64,000 nucleotides of DNA, taken from positions 137,340-201,339 of the forward strand of contig JBEKXF010000001.1 in the NCBI GenBank assembly GCA_049512315.1. Reading direction: 5' to 3'. The notes under the pieces were generated by a model. The model was not told where the DNA came from and did no database searches. It saw only the letters and a list, made by a program, of their open reading frames with translations. Numbering within the stretch: position 1 is the first letter of the stretch; every line of letters begins with the position of its first letter. A program made the position numbers and the translations under genes. Shown here one piece after another: positions 11,053 through 20,938 of this stretch. The stretch comes from Candidatus Aminicenantales bacterium. GTDB taxonomy: Bacteria > Acidobacteriota > Aminicenantia > Aminicenantales > Saccharicenantaceae.

Positions 11053-11263
11053 CCGATTTTACGGCCCCCATCATGAAAAGGACGGCGCGCGCCTTCGTCA
11101 AGTGTCATGGAATGGAGAATCAAGCGGGATTGGCCCGATGAGAGGGGACGGCCCTCGGGGCTTAGGGAAGGGGTAAGACGGAGCGGATTCCCCCTCCAAG
11201 GAGGTTGACCCCTGATAGCTTTTTGTGAAATAATTGATTTTCGATCTCACGAGGGCAGTCATC

Positions 11264-12577
11264 ATGAACACAAAGATCGGCATCCGGAGAGAAGACATCA
11301 ACAAGTGGGAAAAGCGCGTCCCTCTCATCCCTTCGCACGCCCGGGAGCTCGTCGGGAAATATCCCATCGAGATCCGCATTCAGCCGTCCGACATCCGCGT
11401 CTTCACGGACGACGACTACCGCCTCTCTGGGATTCCCGTCAATGAAAACCTCTCGCCGTGCGACATCGTCCTGGCCCTCAAGGAGATCCCCATCGAGCGC
11501 CTGGAAAAAGACAAGGTCTATGTCTTTTTCTCCCATACGGCCAAGGGCCAGAGCCACAACATGCCCATGCTCAAGAAGATGATGGAGATGGGCTGTTCCA
11601 TCATCGATTATGAGAGAATGGTCAACGACAAGGGCCAGCGCGTCCTGTATTTCGGAAATTACGCGGGACACGCGGGGATGGTCGACACGCTCTGGGCCCT
11701 GGGCCGGCGGCTGGCCCTGGAGGGTATCCCGAACCCGTTCACCGTCCTCCATCCGGCCCACCAATACAGGAACCTCGTGGATGTCAAGGAGGCCGTCGGC
11801 GAAGTGGCCTGGAAGATCATCCGGGAAGGCCTGCCGCGGGAGCTCGATCCCCTGGTTGTCGGCTTCTTCGGCTACGGCCACGTGTCCCAGGGGGCCCAGG
11901 AGATCTTCGATATCCTCCCCGTGGAGACGATCCGGCCGCGCGACCTTCCCCGGCTCTTCGAGAGCGGTCGGGAATCGCCCCGGACGATGTACAAGGTCGT
12001 CTTCAAGGAAGAGGACATGGTGGAGCCGGTCGTCCCTGGCCGGCCGTTCGAGCTTCAGGATTATTATCAGAACCCCCAGAGCTACAAGCCGGTCGTCGAA
12101 GGGCTGGTCCCTTACCTGACGGCCCTCGTCAACGGCATCTACTGGACGCCGAAATACCCCAAGTTCGTGACCAAGACCTTTCTGAAAAAGCTCTACGGCG
12201 GCGGTTCCCGGCCGCGCCTCCGTGTCATCGGCGACATCACTTGCGACATTGACGGGTCGGTCGAATGCACGGTCGAGGCCACCGACTCCGAGAACCCGGT
12301 GTATGTCTACGATCCCTTAAAAGACAAAGTTCTTCTTGGGTTCGAGGGCCCGGGCCCCGTGGTCCTGGCCGTCTACAATCTTCCCGCGGAGCTCCCGCTC
12401 GAGGCCTCCACGTATTTCAGCGGCGGCCTGAAGGAGCATGTCCCGGCCATCGCCAGTGCGGATTTCCGGGCAAGCTTCGCCCGCTGCGGGCTGCCGGACG
12501 TCCTCCGCCGGGCGGTCATTCTCTATCGCGGGGAGTTCCCCCCCGGCTACGCCTACCTCAGCGGTTTCATCCAATAA
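11264..12577 (+). CDS. Lysine-ketoglutarate reductase / saccharopine dehydrogenase (L-lysine-forming), AlaDH-PNT fold
   Basis: N-terminus MNTKIGIRREDINKWEKRVPL is typical of LKR/AlaDH-like enzymes. A Rossmann segment follows. The partner saccharopine dehydrogenase lies immediately downstream. Confidence 0.7.
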   Translation: MNTKIGIRREDINKWEKRVPLIPSHARELVGKYPIEIRIQPSDIRVFTDDDYRLSGIPVNENLSPCDIVLALKEIPIERLEKDKVYVFFSHTAKGQSHNMPMLKKMMEMGCSIIDYERMVNDKGQRVLYFGNYAGHAGMVDTLWALGRRLALEGIPNPFTVLHPAHQYRNLVDVKEAVGEVAWKIIREGLPRELDPLVVGFFGYGHVSQGAQEIFDILPVETIRPRDLPRLFESGRESPRTMYKVVFKEEDMVEPVVPGRPFELQDYYQNPQSYKPVVEGLVPYLTALVNGIYWTPKYPKFVTKTFLKKLYGGGSRPRLRVIGDITCDIDGSVECTVEATDSENPVYVYDPLKDKVLLGFEGPGPVVLAVYNLPAELPLEASTYFSGGLKEHVPAIASADFRASFARCGLPDVLRRAVILYRGEFPPGYAYLSGFIQ

Positions 12578-12596
12578 AACCTATCAGGAGGGCGTC

Positions 12597-13922
12597 ATGA
12601 AAAAGATCCTCGTCTTCGGCGCAGGACTGGTCGCGGGACCCCTGGTGAAATACCTCCTCGACCGGCCGGACTTCCACGTGGCCGTGGCGGACGTCGAGCC
12701 CGGCCGGGCGGCCCGGCTCGTTTCCGGCCATCCGCGGGGCGAGGCGATGGTCCTTTCCATCGAGGACCGGGCGGCCGTGAAGGCCGCGATCGAAAAGGCC
12801 GACCTGGTCATCAGCATGCTTCCGTATGTCTTCCATCCGGTCGTCGCGGCAGCCGCGATCGATTCCGGCAAGAGCGTCGTGACGGCTTCTTACGCGAGCC
12901 CGGCCATGAGGGAGCTCGACGGCCGGGCCCGGGAGAAGGGGGTCATCGTCCTCAACGAGCTCGGGCTCGACCCAGGGATCGACCACATGGAGGCCATGAG
13001 GGTCATCCACAAGGTCCATGGCGAAGGCGGCCGCGTCCTGGGTTTCATGTCTTATTGCGGAGGGTTGCCGGCCCCGGAAGCCAACACCAACCCCTTCGGA
13101 TACAAATTTTCGTGGAGTCCCAGGGGTGTTCTGCTGGCCTCCAAGAATTCGGCCAAGTATCTCAAAGACGGGAAGGTCGTTCTCATCCCCGCGGAACAGC
13201 TCTTCGATAGCCCGGAAATGATCTCATTTCCCGGCCTCGGTGAATTCGAAGCGTATCCCAACAGGGATTCAGTATCCTACCGGGAGATCTACGGGATCCC
13301 GGAAGCCAGGAATGTCCTGAGGGGGACCCTCCGGTATCCGGGCTGGTGCCGGACCTTGAAAAAGATCGGGGACCTGGGGCTTCTGGACGACACAAGCGTC
13401 AAAGATTGGACGGGGCGCACGTATCGCGACTTTATGGCTGGCCTCGCCGAGGCCCCGGCCGGAGCGGACCTCAAGACGGCTGTCGCCGCCCGCTTGGGGC
13501 TCGACGCCGGTTCGGACATCATCGGGCGCCTGGAATGGCTGGGCCTGTTCGAAGCCGAACGGCTCCCAATCCAAAAAGGCTCAGCCCTCGACATCCTGGC
13601 GGCGAGGATGGTCGAGCGGCTCAAGTATGCCGAAGGCGAGAGGGACATGGTCATCCTCCAGCATGAATTCGTGGCGGAGGACCGGAACGGCCGCCGGGAG
13701 AAAATCATATCGACGCTCATCGACTTCGGGATCCCCGGCGGAGACTCCTCGATGTCCCGGACGGTCGGGCTGACGGCGGCCATCGGCGCCCGCTTCATCC
13801 TGGAAGGCAAGATCCAGGGAACCGGAGTCCATGTCCCCGTCACTCCGGATATCTACAACCCTATCCTCGACGAGCACGCCCGGCTCGGCATCCGGTTCAA
13901 AGAGACGCGACAGCCATTGTGA
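12597..13922 (+). CDS. Saccharopine dehydrogenase (NADP+, L-glutamate-forming)
   Basis: AGGAGGG RBS, then MKKILVFGAGLVAG Rossmann start. Sacchrp_dh-type motifs ELGLDPGIDHM and the C-terminal domain (YPNRDS...GWCRTL). Confidence 0.8.
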   Translation: MKKILVFGAGLVAGPLVKYLLDRPDFHVAVADVEPGRAARLVSGHPRGEAMVLSIEDRAAVKAAIEKADLVISMLPYVFHPVVAAAAIDSGKSVVTASYASPAMRELDGRAREKGVIVLNELGLDPGIDHMEAMRVIHKVHGEGGRVLGFMSYCGGLPAPEANTNPFGYKFSWSPRGVLLASKNSAKYLKDGKVVLIPAEQLFDSPEMISFPGLGEFEAYPNRDSVSYREIYGIPEARNVLRGTLRYPGWCRTLKKIGDLGLLDDTSVKDWTGRTYRDFMAGLAEAPAGADLKTAVAARLGLDAGSDIIGRLEWLGLFEAERLPIQKGSALDILAARMVERLKYAEGERDMVILQHEFVAEDRNGRREKIISTLIDFGIPGGDSSMSRTVGLTAAIGARFILEGKIQGTGVHVPVTPDIYNPILDEHARLGIRFKETRQPL

Positions 13923-13978
13923 CCATCCCTGTTTGACTTTCGCCGGGCCCGCGCCTATTGTTGAGAGGGGAGGGCCAG

Positions 13979-14785
13979 ATGAAAAGAAAACCGTGCGTCG
14001 CCGGTACCTTCTATCCCGGCCAGAAGGACAATCTCCTCGATACGCTCGGGAGGCTGACCGACCCGAAAGCCGAGAAAAAACAGGCCGTGGCCGTGGTTGC
14101 CCCTCACGCCGGGTACGAATACTCAGGCCCGGTCGCCGGCGCCGTGTTTTCTTCCGTCAAGGTGCCCCGGACCGTCATCGTCTTGGGCCCCGGACACCGG
14201 GAGATCGGGTCGCTTTTCGCCATCCAGAAAGAGGGCAGCTGGCTGACTCCTCTGGGCGAAACCCCGATCGAGGCGGACCTCGCCGCGCTGATCATGGGCC
14301 ATTGCCGGCTGGTCACCGAGGACGACCGGGCCCATCTTTGGGAGCACTCCCTCGAAGTTGAGTTACCGTTCATCCAGTATTTCGAAAAAAAGGCCGCCCT
14401 CGTCCCGATATGCGTTTCCTATGAGGCGGAATACGACGACCTGGAATCCCTGGGGCGGGGCGTGGCTGCGGCGGTCCGGGCCTATGGCCGGCCTGTCCTG
14501 ATTGTGTCGAGCACCGACATGAGCCATTACGTCAGCCAGAAGACGGCGGAAAAAAAAGACTCACTGGCCATCCGGAAGATTCTCGACCTCGACGCCCGCG
14601 GCCTTTTCGATACGGTTCGGGGGGAAGGGATCTCCATGTGCGGCTACCAGCCCACGACGTCGGCCATTGTCGCCAGCCGGGAATTGGGTGCGGCCGAGGC
14701 CGAGCTCATCAAATATCAGACTTCGGGCGAGACGACCGGGGACTTCGCCCAAGTTGTTGGATATGCGGGAATTAGGATCGTTTAG
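13979..14785 (+). CDS. MEMO1 / AmmeMemoRadiSam system protein B family
   Basis: CVAGTFYPG...VAPHAGYEYSG...HSLEVELPF motifs of the Memo dioxygenase-like family. Confidence 0.75.
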   Translation: MKRKPCVAGTFYPGQKDNLLDTLGRLTDPKAEKKQAVAVVAPHAGYEYSGPVAGAVFSSVKVPRTVIVLGPGHREIGSLFAIQKEGSWLTPLGETPIEADLAALIMGHCRLVTEDDRAHLWEHSLEVELPFIQYFEKKAALVPICVSYEAEYDDLESLGRGVAAAVRAYGRPVLIVSSTDMSHYVSQKTAEKKDSLAIRKILDLDARGLFDTVRGEGISMCGYQPTTSAIVASRELGAAEAELIKYQTSGETTGDFAQVVGYAGIRIV

Positions 14786-14810
14786 AGGGCGCCCCTTAAC
14801 TCTCAGTCAT

Positions 14811-14840
14811 TTGACAATAATCCTCCTTTAGTGCTATAAA
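14811..14840 (+). promoter_or_regulatory. Sigma70-type promoter (TTGACA-N18-TATAAA) for hrcA-grpE-dnaK-dnaJ
   Basis: Exact -35 at 14811-14816 and TATAAA at 14835-14840. The ATG follows at 14859 with a GAAGG RBS. Confidence 0.45.
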
Positions 14841-14858
14841 ATTCGGGAAAGAAGGTCG

Positions 14859-15917
14859 ATGGCCAAGTCTGCCCTGCGCGATAAAGACAAGAAGGTCCTG
14901 TACCTCGTCGTCGAGGGCTATGTCCGAGGCGGCCATCCCGTCAGCTCGGGCTCGATCGCCCAGACGAGGAAGTTCGACGGCTCGCCGGCGACCATCCGGA
15001 ATATCATGGTCAAGCTCGAGGAGCAGGGATACCTATCCCAGCCCCACACGTCGGCCGGCCGGGTGCCGACCGACAAGGGATTGAAGTATTACGTCAACAG
15101 CCTCCTCTCGGAAAAGACCTTCGCCCGGGACGATTTTCCCCTGATTCAGGACGAATTCACGGCCAAGACGGCGGATCTCGATTCCCTCCTGATCCAGGCT
15201 TCCCGTCTCCTGGCCGACTATTCCGACAACCTAGGTTTCGTGATCTCGCCACAGGTCTCCCGGGTCCAGTTCGAGCACCTCCGGTTTATCAGGATCTCCC
15301 CGCAAAGGACCATGGCCATCCTGGTGACGCCGTTCCAGATGGTCCTGACCGAAACCCTGGAGACCCCGCTTTCCCTTTCCCAGGCCGAGCTCGACCGAGC
15401 CTCCCAGTTCATCAACCAGAATTTCCGTGGGAAGACGCTGATCTTCGTCCGTGACGCCCTGCTCCAGGATCTTCCCAAGTACCGGATGAGATACGAGGAC
15501 ATCATCAACAAGCTCCCCGAGCTTGTCCGGGCCGTCATCAACCGCGAGGAGGACGAGAACCGGATCTTCATCCAGGGCTCGTCCCGGCTCCTCGGCAAGG
15601 CCGAGCTGTCCGACATGGGCAAGCTGAGGTCCCTGTTCGAGAACTTCGAGGAAAAGGCCGGCCTGGTCAGGCTTCTGGCTGATTTCATCAGCTTGGACCG
15701 GGTCAAGGTCCTGATCGGGGCCGAGGTCAATTTCCCCAACGTCCAGGACTGCTCCCTGGTCCTGTCCCATTATGGGACGAGCCACCAGGTCCTCGGCTCC
15801 CTGGGCATCATCGGTCCCAAGAGGATCCCTTATGCGAAGATCATCCCGCTCGTCGACCGGGTCGCCAAGCGGCTGAGCCAGGCCATCACCATCTACGGGA
15901 GAGAGGTCTCGTTATGA
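14859..15917 (+). CDS. hrcA: Heat-inducible transcription repressor HrcA
   Basis: N-terminal winged-helix region (KKVLYLVVEGYVRGGHPVSSGSIA) and the HrcA C-terminal domain. First gene of the grpE-dnaK-dnaJ operon. Confidence 0.85.
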   Translation: MAKSALRDKDKKVLYLVVEGYVRGGHPVSSGSIAQTRKFDGSPATIRNIMVKLEEQGYLSQPHTSAGRVPTDKGLKYYVNSLLSEKTFARDDFPLIQDEFTAKTADLDSLLIQASRLLADYSDNLGFVISPQVSRVQFEHLRFIRISPQRTMAILVTPFQMVLTETLETPLSLSQAELDRASQFINQNFRGKTLIFVRDALLQDLPKYRMRYEDIINKLPELVRAVINREEDENRIFIQGSSRLLGKAELSDMGKLRSLFENFEEKAGLVRLLADFISLDRVKVLIGAEVNFPNVQDCSLVLSHYGTSHQVLGSLGIIGPKRIPYAKIIPLVDRVAKRLSQAITIYGREVSL

Positions 15918-16564
15918 CGGACGATGATAAAAAAAAGCCAACCGAAGAGATCGAATACATTGCGGAGCCCGGTGCCCCCGGGGAAGTCAGACCGAAGGAG
16001 AAGGAGCCGGCGGCCGCCGAACCGGAGAAAACGGAGCCCGCCGCCCAGGAAAAAGAGCCGTCCCAGGCGATCAAGCATCTGAAGGAGAAGCTCAAGAAGC
16101 GTGAGGCCGAGATCAAGAACCTCAAGAAAGAGGCGGAGGACCTCAAGGACCAGTACCTGAGAAAACTCGCCGACGTCGAGAACCTCCGGAAAAGGCTCGA
16201 GCGGGAGAAGAACGATTACTTCCAGTTCGCCTTGAGCGAGGTCCTGCTCGAGTTCCTGGGCATCCTGGACAATTTCGAGCGGGCCCTTCAGGCCTCGGGC
16301 CGGGACGCGGACGGAAAGACGTTCCGGGAGGGGATCGACCTTATCTACAGGATGTCCATGAACCTCCTTCTCAAGCGGGGCGTCCGGCCGATCGAGATCA
16401 AAGACGGTCATTTCGACCCGGCCCTCCAGCAGGCCATGGCCGTGGAGGAGTCGGCGGAGGTCCAGGAGCCCCGCGTCACGGAGGAGCTCCAGAAAGGATA
16501 CATGCTCCACAACCGGCTTCTCCGCCCGTCCCTGGTCAAGGTCATCATTCCCAAGAAGGATTGA
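15914..16564 (+). CDS. grpE: Nucleotide exchange factor GrpE
   Basis: ATGA overlap with hrcA. LADVENLRKRLEREK...ILDNFERA GrpE signature. Confidence 0.9.
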   Translation: MTDDDKKKPTEEIEYIAEPGAPGEVRPKEKEPAAAEPEKTEPAAQEKEPSQAIKHLKEKLKKREAEIKNLKKEAEDLKDQYLRKLADVENLRKRLEREKNDYFQFALSEVLLEFLGILDNFERALQASGRDADGKTFREGIDLIYRMSMNLLLKRGVRPIEIKDGHFDPALQQAMAVEESAEVQEPRVTEELQKGYMLHNRLLRPSLVKVIIPKKD

Positions 16565-16568
16565 CGCT

Positions 16569-18149
16569 ATGGACCGCATCATCGGAATCGACCTCGGCAC
16601 GACCTATTCCTGCATCGCCTATCTCGAAGGGGGCAGCCCCGTCGTCCTTCCCAACCTGGAAGGCCTGCCGACGACGCCCTCCGTCGTCTCGTTCACTTCG
16701 GCGGGGGAAAGGCTGGTCGGGACACTGGCTCTGAGGCAGGCCATCACCAATCCCCAGAACACCATTTTCGCCGTCAAGCGGCTCATCGGCCGGAAATTCG
16801 ATTCCGATGAGATCTCGTCGGCCCGGGCCAGGTTGCCCTACAGGCTGAGCGAAGCCAAGAACGGGGATGTGCTCGTGGCCGTGGACTCGAGAGCTTTTAC
16901 TCCCCAGGAGCTCTCGGCCATGATCCTGTCCTACCTCAAGGGCTGTGCGGAGTCCTTTTTCGGCGAAAAGGTCTCGGACGTCGTCATCACGGTCCCCGCC
17001 CATTTCAACGACCACCAGAGGCAGGCGACGAAGGACGCCGCCCTGATCAGCGGCTTCAACGTCCAGCGGGTCATCAACGAGCCGACGGCCGCCGGCCTGG
17101 CCTACGGTCTCAACAGCAAGAAAAACGGGATCGCGGCGGTCTTCGACCTCGGCGGCGGGACCTTCGATATCACCCTGATGGAGATCCGAGACGGCGTTTT
17201 CAACGTCCTCGCCACGAACGGCGATTCCTACCTCGGCGGCGAGGATTTCGACAACAGGATCATCGAGTGGCTGGTCGAGGATTTCCGCAAGGAGATGGGG
17301 ATCGACCTCCATCACGATAAGCTGGCTCTGCAGAGGATCAAGGAGGCCGCGGAAAGGGCCAAGCGGGAGCTATCCTTCACTCTGGAGACCGAGATCAACC
17401 TGCCGTTCATCTGCTCGGACCAGACCAGTTCCAAGCACCTCAGGAAGATCCTGACCCGTCAGAGTCTCGAGGAGTTGACCTTCGACCTCGTCGAGCGGAC
17501 GATCCCCCTGGTCGAAGAAGCTTTCGGCGAGGCCCGCCTGGACCCCGACAAGATCGACGATATCATCCTCGTCGGCGGGCAGACCCGGATGCCGCTCGTC
17601 AAGAAGAGGCTGACGGAGTTCTTTGAGAAAAAGCCGGCCGAGTACATCAATCCTGAGGAGATCGTGGCCATGGGGGCGGCCATCCAGTCCGGCATCCTGC
17701 AGGGTCAGGTCCGTGGCCTTATTCTTCTCCTCGATGTCACTCCCTTTTCCCTCGGGATCGAGACGGAGAACGATGGCTACGAAACGGTCATCGAGAAGAA
17801 CTCGACGATCCCCCTGCGGAAGACCAAGGCCTTCACGACCGTCGACCACAACCAGCGCCGGGTCAGGCTCCACGTCCTCCAGGGCGAAAACCCGCTCGCT
17901 TCGCTGAACAAATCGCTGGCCGTGTTCGAGCTCGTGGGCATCGAGCCCGCTCCCGCCGGCGTGCCCCAGATCGACGTGACCTTCGAGATCAACGCCGACG
18001 GCCTCGTCAAGGTCTCGGCCAGGGACATCGCGACGGGGCTGCAGCAGAAGATCGAGGTCCGGCCCTCTTCCGGTCTTGCGCCGAACGAGATCGCGGCGAT
18101 CATCGAGAGGCAGAAGGGCGAGGGGGTGAGGTCGAACCCGAATGGCTAA
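16569..18149 (+). CDS. dnaK: Hsp70 chaperone DnaK, C-terminally short (526 aa; helical lid and C-terminal tail absent)
   Basis: [40 protein letters not shown] and [14 protein letters not shown] motifs. The ORF ends just after the SBD-beta. Its stop overlaps the dnaJ ATG, so no room remains for the roughly 100-aa lid. Confidence 0.85.
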   Translation: MDRIIGIDLGTTYSCIAYLEGGSPVVLPNLEGLPTTPSVVSFTSAGERLVGTLALRQAITNPQNTIFAVKRLIGRKFDSDEISSARARLPYRLSEAKNGDVLVAVDSRAFTPQELSAMILSYLKGCAESFFGEKVSDVVITVPAHFNDHQRQATKDAALISGFNVQRVINEPTAAGLAYGLNSKKNGIAAVFDLGGGTFDITLMEIRDGVFNVLATNGDSYLGGEDFDNRIIEWLVEDFRKEMGIDLHHDKLALQRIKEAAERAKRELSFTLETEINLPFICSDQTSSKHLRKILTRQSLEELTFDLVERTIPLVEEAFGEARLDPDKIDDIILVGGQTRMPLVKKRLTEFFEKKPAEYINPEEIVAMGAAIQSGILQGQVRGLILLLDVTPFSLGIETENDGYETVIEKNSTIPLRKTKAFTTVDHNQRRVRLHVLQGENPLASLNKSLAVFELVGIEPAPAGVPQIDVTFEINADGLVKVSARDIATGLQQKIEVRPSSGLAPNEIAAIIERQKGEGVRSNPNG

Positions 18150-19275
18150 GCGGGATTATTATGAGATCCTCGGGATTCCGCGGACCGCCCCGGCCGAGGA
18201 GATCAAGAAGGCCTACCGCCAGATGGCGCTGAGGCACCATCCTGACCGCAACCCCGGGAACAAAGAAGCCGAGGAGAGGTTCAAGGAGGCCGCCGAAGCC
18301 TACAGCGTCCTGATCGACGTCGAGAAGCGATCGATCTATGACCGCTACGGCCAGGACGGGCTGCGCGGCGAAGGATTCCAGGGCTTCTCCGGATTCGATT
18401 CGACCGTCTTCGAGGACTTCGAGGATATCCTCGGGAATTTCTTCGGTTTCAGCTTCGGGGATTTTTTCGGCGGCGGCCGGCGCCGGGGCGGCCCCGAGGG
18501 TGAGAGAGGCCGTGACCTGGCCCTTGAGGTCGAGGTCAGCCTCGCGGAAGCCGCGGCCGGAGTCGACAGGGAGATCAAGCTGAACCGGTCCGAGGTCTGT
18601 CCGACCTGTCACGGGTCTAAAAGCAAGCCCGGGACGGCCCCCTCCACCTGCCCGTTATGCGGCGGAAAGGGCCAGATGCGTTACCAGCAGGGCTTCTTCA
18701 CGGTGGCCAGGACATGCCCGAGGTGCCAGGGCCGCGGCCAGGTCATTGCCTCGCCGTGCGAAAGCTGCGAGGGCAAAGGCCACGTCAAGGAAAAGCGGGC
18801 CCTCCGGGTCCGGATCCCGGCCGGGGTCAGCGACGGCTCCCGGTTGAGGCTTGTCGGGGAAGGGGAAGCCGGAGACGAGGGGATGCCGGGAGGCGATCTT
18901 TATGTCGTGACTCGGGTCCGCAAGCATCCGTTTTTCGAGCGGGAAGGGAACGACCTGATTTGCCAGATCGGGATCTCGTCGACCCAAGCGGCGCTCGGAG
19001 CCAGGATCGAGATCCCGACCCTCGACGGGAGCGAAGTCTTGAAAATTCCCGCCGGGACCCAGCCGGGAGAAACCTTCAAGCTCAAGGGCAAGGGTGTCCC
19101 CGATATCTCAGGCCGGAGGAGGGGGGACCTCTTTGTCAGGGTCCAGGTCAAGACGCCGGAGGGGCTGTCCAAGGAGCAGAGAACGCTCCTGGCCAAACTG
19201 GCCGAGCTCAGGGGTGAAACGACCGAGGCCGTCGACCAGAGCGTCATCCACAAGGTCAAGAACATTCTCCATTAG
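18142..19275 (+). CDS. dnaJ: Chaperone DnaJ
   Basis: J-domain with HPD, a G/F-rich region, and four CxxCxGxG zinc-finger repeats. Confidence 0.95.
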   Translation: MAKRDYYEILGIPRTAPAEEIKKAYRQMALRHHPDRNPGNKEAEERFKEAAEAYSVLIDVEKRSIYDRYGQDGLRGEGFQGFSGFDSTVFEDFEDILGNFFGFSFGDFFGGGRRRGGPEGERGRDLALEVEVSLAEAAAGVDREIKLNRSEVCPTCHGSKSKPGTAPSTCPLCGGKGQMRYQQGFFTVARTCPRCQGRGQVIASPCESCEGKGHVKEKRALRVRIPAGVSDGSRLRLVGEGEAGDEGMPGGDLYVVTRVRKHPFFEREGNDLICQIGISSTQAALGARIEIPTLDGSEVLKIPAGTQPGETFKLKGKGVPDISGRRRGDLFVRVQVKTPEGLSKEQRTLLAKLAELRGETTEAVDQSVIHKVKNILH

Positions 19276-19283
19276 GCCAAGGG

Positions 19284-19856
19284 ATGGATTTGACGTCGAA
19301 CCAGTTTTACATTCCGCGATTAGAACCGGGGGTGTCCCGCGTCAGGCTGGCCCTGGCCCAGGGTCTCCTGCAGCCCGATAAAATGGAGTTGATCCTGCAG
19401 AAAGCGTCGGAGATCGGGATCTCCGATTTCATTCCGGTTCAGACCGCCCGTTCGTTGAAGGCTTCCGCAGGCGGGAAATCCATGCAGGCGGAACGCTGGG
19501 CGAGGATTGCCAGAGAGGGCACCAAGCAGAGCAAGGGCTGGGCCGCTCCAACCGTTCATCCGGCCGAACGCCTGAAAGACGTTCTCGCCCGCCCCGGAGA
19601 GGGACTGAGGCTTTTTCTCAGCGAAAACGGAGGACAGCCCCTCAAGAGATTTCACCTCGAGGCGGAAAGCAAGGGAGGGCTGCCGGCTCCGGCGGTCACG
19701 ATCTTCGTCGGGCCGAAAGGAGGGTGGACCGAAACCGAAGAACGGGCCTTCAAGGAGGCCGGCTGCGAGGCCGCCAGTCTCGGGCGCCGGATCCTCAAAG
19801 CCGAGACGGCGGCGATCGCCGGGCTCGCGATGATCGCCCACTTTTGGAACGATTGA
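19284..19856 (+). CDS. rsmE: RsmE-like 16S rRNA methyltransferase, SPOUT domain only (N-terminal PUA-like domain absent)
   Basis: Aligns with the C-terminal 170 aa of RsmE (KMELILQKASEIGISDFIPV...GPKGGWTETEE...LGRRILKAETAA). Only 8 nt separate it from the dnaJ stop. Confidence 0.6.
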   Translation: MDLTSNQFYIPRLEPGVSRVRLALAQGLLQPDKMELILQKASEIGISDFIPVQTARSLKASAGGKSMQAERWARIAREGTKQSKGWAAPTVHPAERLKDVLARPGEGLRLFLSENGGQPLKRFHLEAESKGGLPAPAVTIFVGPKGGWTETEERAFKEAGCEAASLGRRILKAETAAIAGLAMIAHFWND

Positions 19857-19857
19857 C

Positions 19858-20796
19858 ATGTTTCTCCAGGGCCAGAAGGTCGGAAAATACGAGATCCTCC
19901 GCTCGCTCGGCAGCGGTGGCTTCGGCTCCGTCTATCTGGCCAAGGACACCTGGCTTGACATCAAGGTCGCCATCAAGGTCCCCCACAAGCAGTCCGCCGA
20001 GCTCTACAAGCTCCTGAAGGAGCCGCGGCTGCAGGCCGCCCTCAGCCATCCGAACATCGTCCGGATGCTGGCCGCCGAAAAAGAGAAGAACATTTTTTTC
20101 ATGGTCATGGAGTATGTCAAAGGTCCGACTCTGGAGAAAATCCTGGAGAAGGAGCGGGTCCTCGGCTGCGAGCAGGCCCTGGACTACGTCAAGCAGGTCG
20201 CCTACGGCATCGACCACGCCCACAAAAACAAGATCATCCACCGGGACCTGAGACCGTCGAATATCATCATCTCGGAGGACGGGACGGCCAAGATCACCGA
20301 CTTCGGGACGTCGGCCTGGCTCAACTCCGTACCGTACGCCTCGACGAGGATCGGGTCTCCGCCCTACATGGCCCCGGAGCAGTTCCTGGGCAAGGCCAGC
20401 TACGCGTCGGATATCTATTCGATCGGCTGCATCTTCTATGAGATGATCATCGGCCGGCCCCCGATCTTCGACCCGGACCCGTTCAAGATCCTGGAAAAGG
20501 CCCAGCAGGGCAAGATCACGCCGCCGCGGATCCGCAACAACAAGGTCCCCAAGGAGATCGACGTCATCATCATGAAGGCCCTGGCCCCCAAGGTCGAGGA
20601 CCGTTACCAGAGCGCCGCAGAGATCGTCCGGGACCTGTCGCTTTACAAGGGCAAAACCCCCAGAACGTCGGAGATCGACGACATCATGCTCCGGATCAAG
20701 GCCCGGGAGCAGAAGGCTTCTGGCCAGTGCTGGAACTGTCGCCGGCCTCTGCCGCCGAAGTCCCGCAACTGCCCCCACTGCGGGGAGAACGTCTGA
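19858..20796 (+). CDS. Hanks-type Ser/Thr protein kinase with C-terminal zinc-ribbon
   Basis: GSGGFGSVY, VAIK, HRDLRPSNIII, DFG and APE motifs. C-terminal CWNCRRPLPPKSRNCPHCGENV. No TM segment. Confidence 0.85.
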   Translation: MFLQGQKVGKYEILRSLGSGGFGSVYLAKDTWLDIKVAIKVPHKQSAELYKLLKEPRLQAALSHPNIVRMLAAEKEKNIFFMVMEYVKGPTLEKILEKERVLGCEQALDYVKQVAYGIDHAHKNKIIHRDLRPSNIIISEDGTAKITDFGTSAWLNSVPYASTRIGSPPYMAPEQFLGKASYASDIYSIGCIFYEMIIGRPPIFDPDPFKILEKAQQGKITPPRIRNNKVPKEIDVIIMKALAPKVEDRYQSAAEIVRDLSLYKGKTPRTSEIDDIMLRIKAREQKASGQCWNCRRPLPPKSRNCPHCGENV

Positions 20797-20832
20797 GGGC
20801 CGGGGACGCCACCTGAGCCCTGTCTTGGGGGT

Positions 20833-20860
20833 TTGACTTCCCGCCGGGGATTGATATAAC
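20833..20860 (+). promoter_or_regulatory. Candidate promoter TTGACT-N16-TATAAC upstream of ilvE
   Basis: Hexamers at 20833-20838 and 20855-20860. The ilvE ATG at 20939 is preceded by a GAAGGAG RBS. Confidence 0.3.
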
Positions 20861-20938
20861 ATGAGGCCTCGAAAAGCCGTGAGGTTCGCTCCGCCGGGAG
20901 AGGAACCTCGAACGAACGATCGAACGAAGGAGTCGTCG

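Noticed and set aside
14786-14858. CIRCE element upstream of hrcA
   Set aside because: Only a 7/9 half-site overlapping the -10 was found, with no inverted partner at the required 9-nt spacing.
16569-18149. Short DnaK as an artefact of a frameshift
   Set aside because: The stop codon overlaps the dnaJ initiation codon and dnaJ follows in a different frame immediately. There is no downstream sequence that could encode a lid. An assembly error within the gene cannot be excluded without reads.
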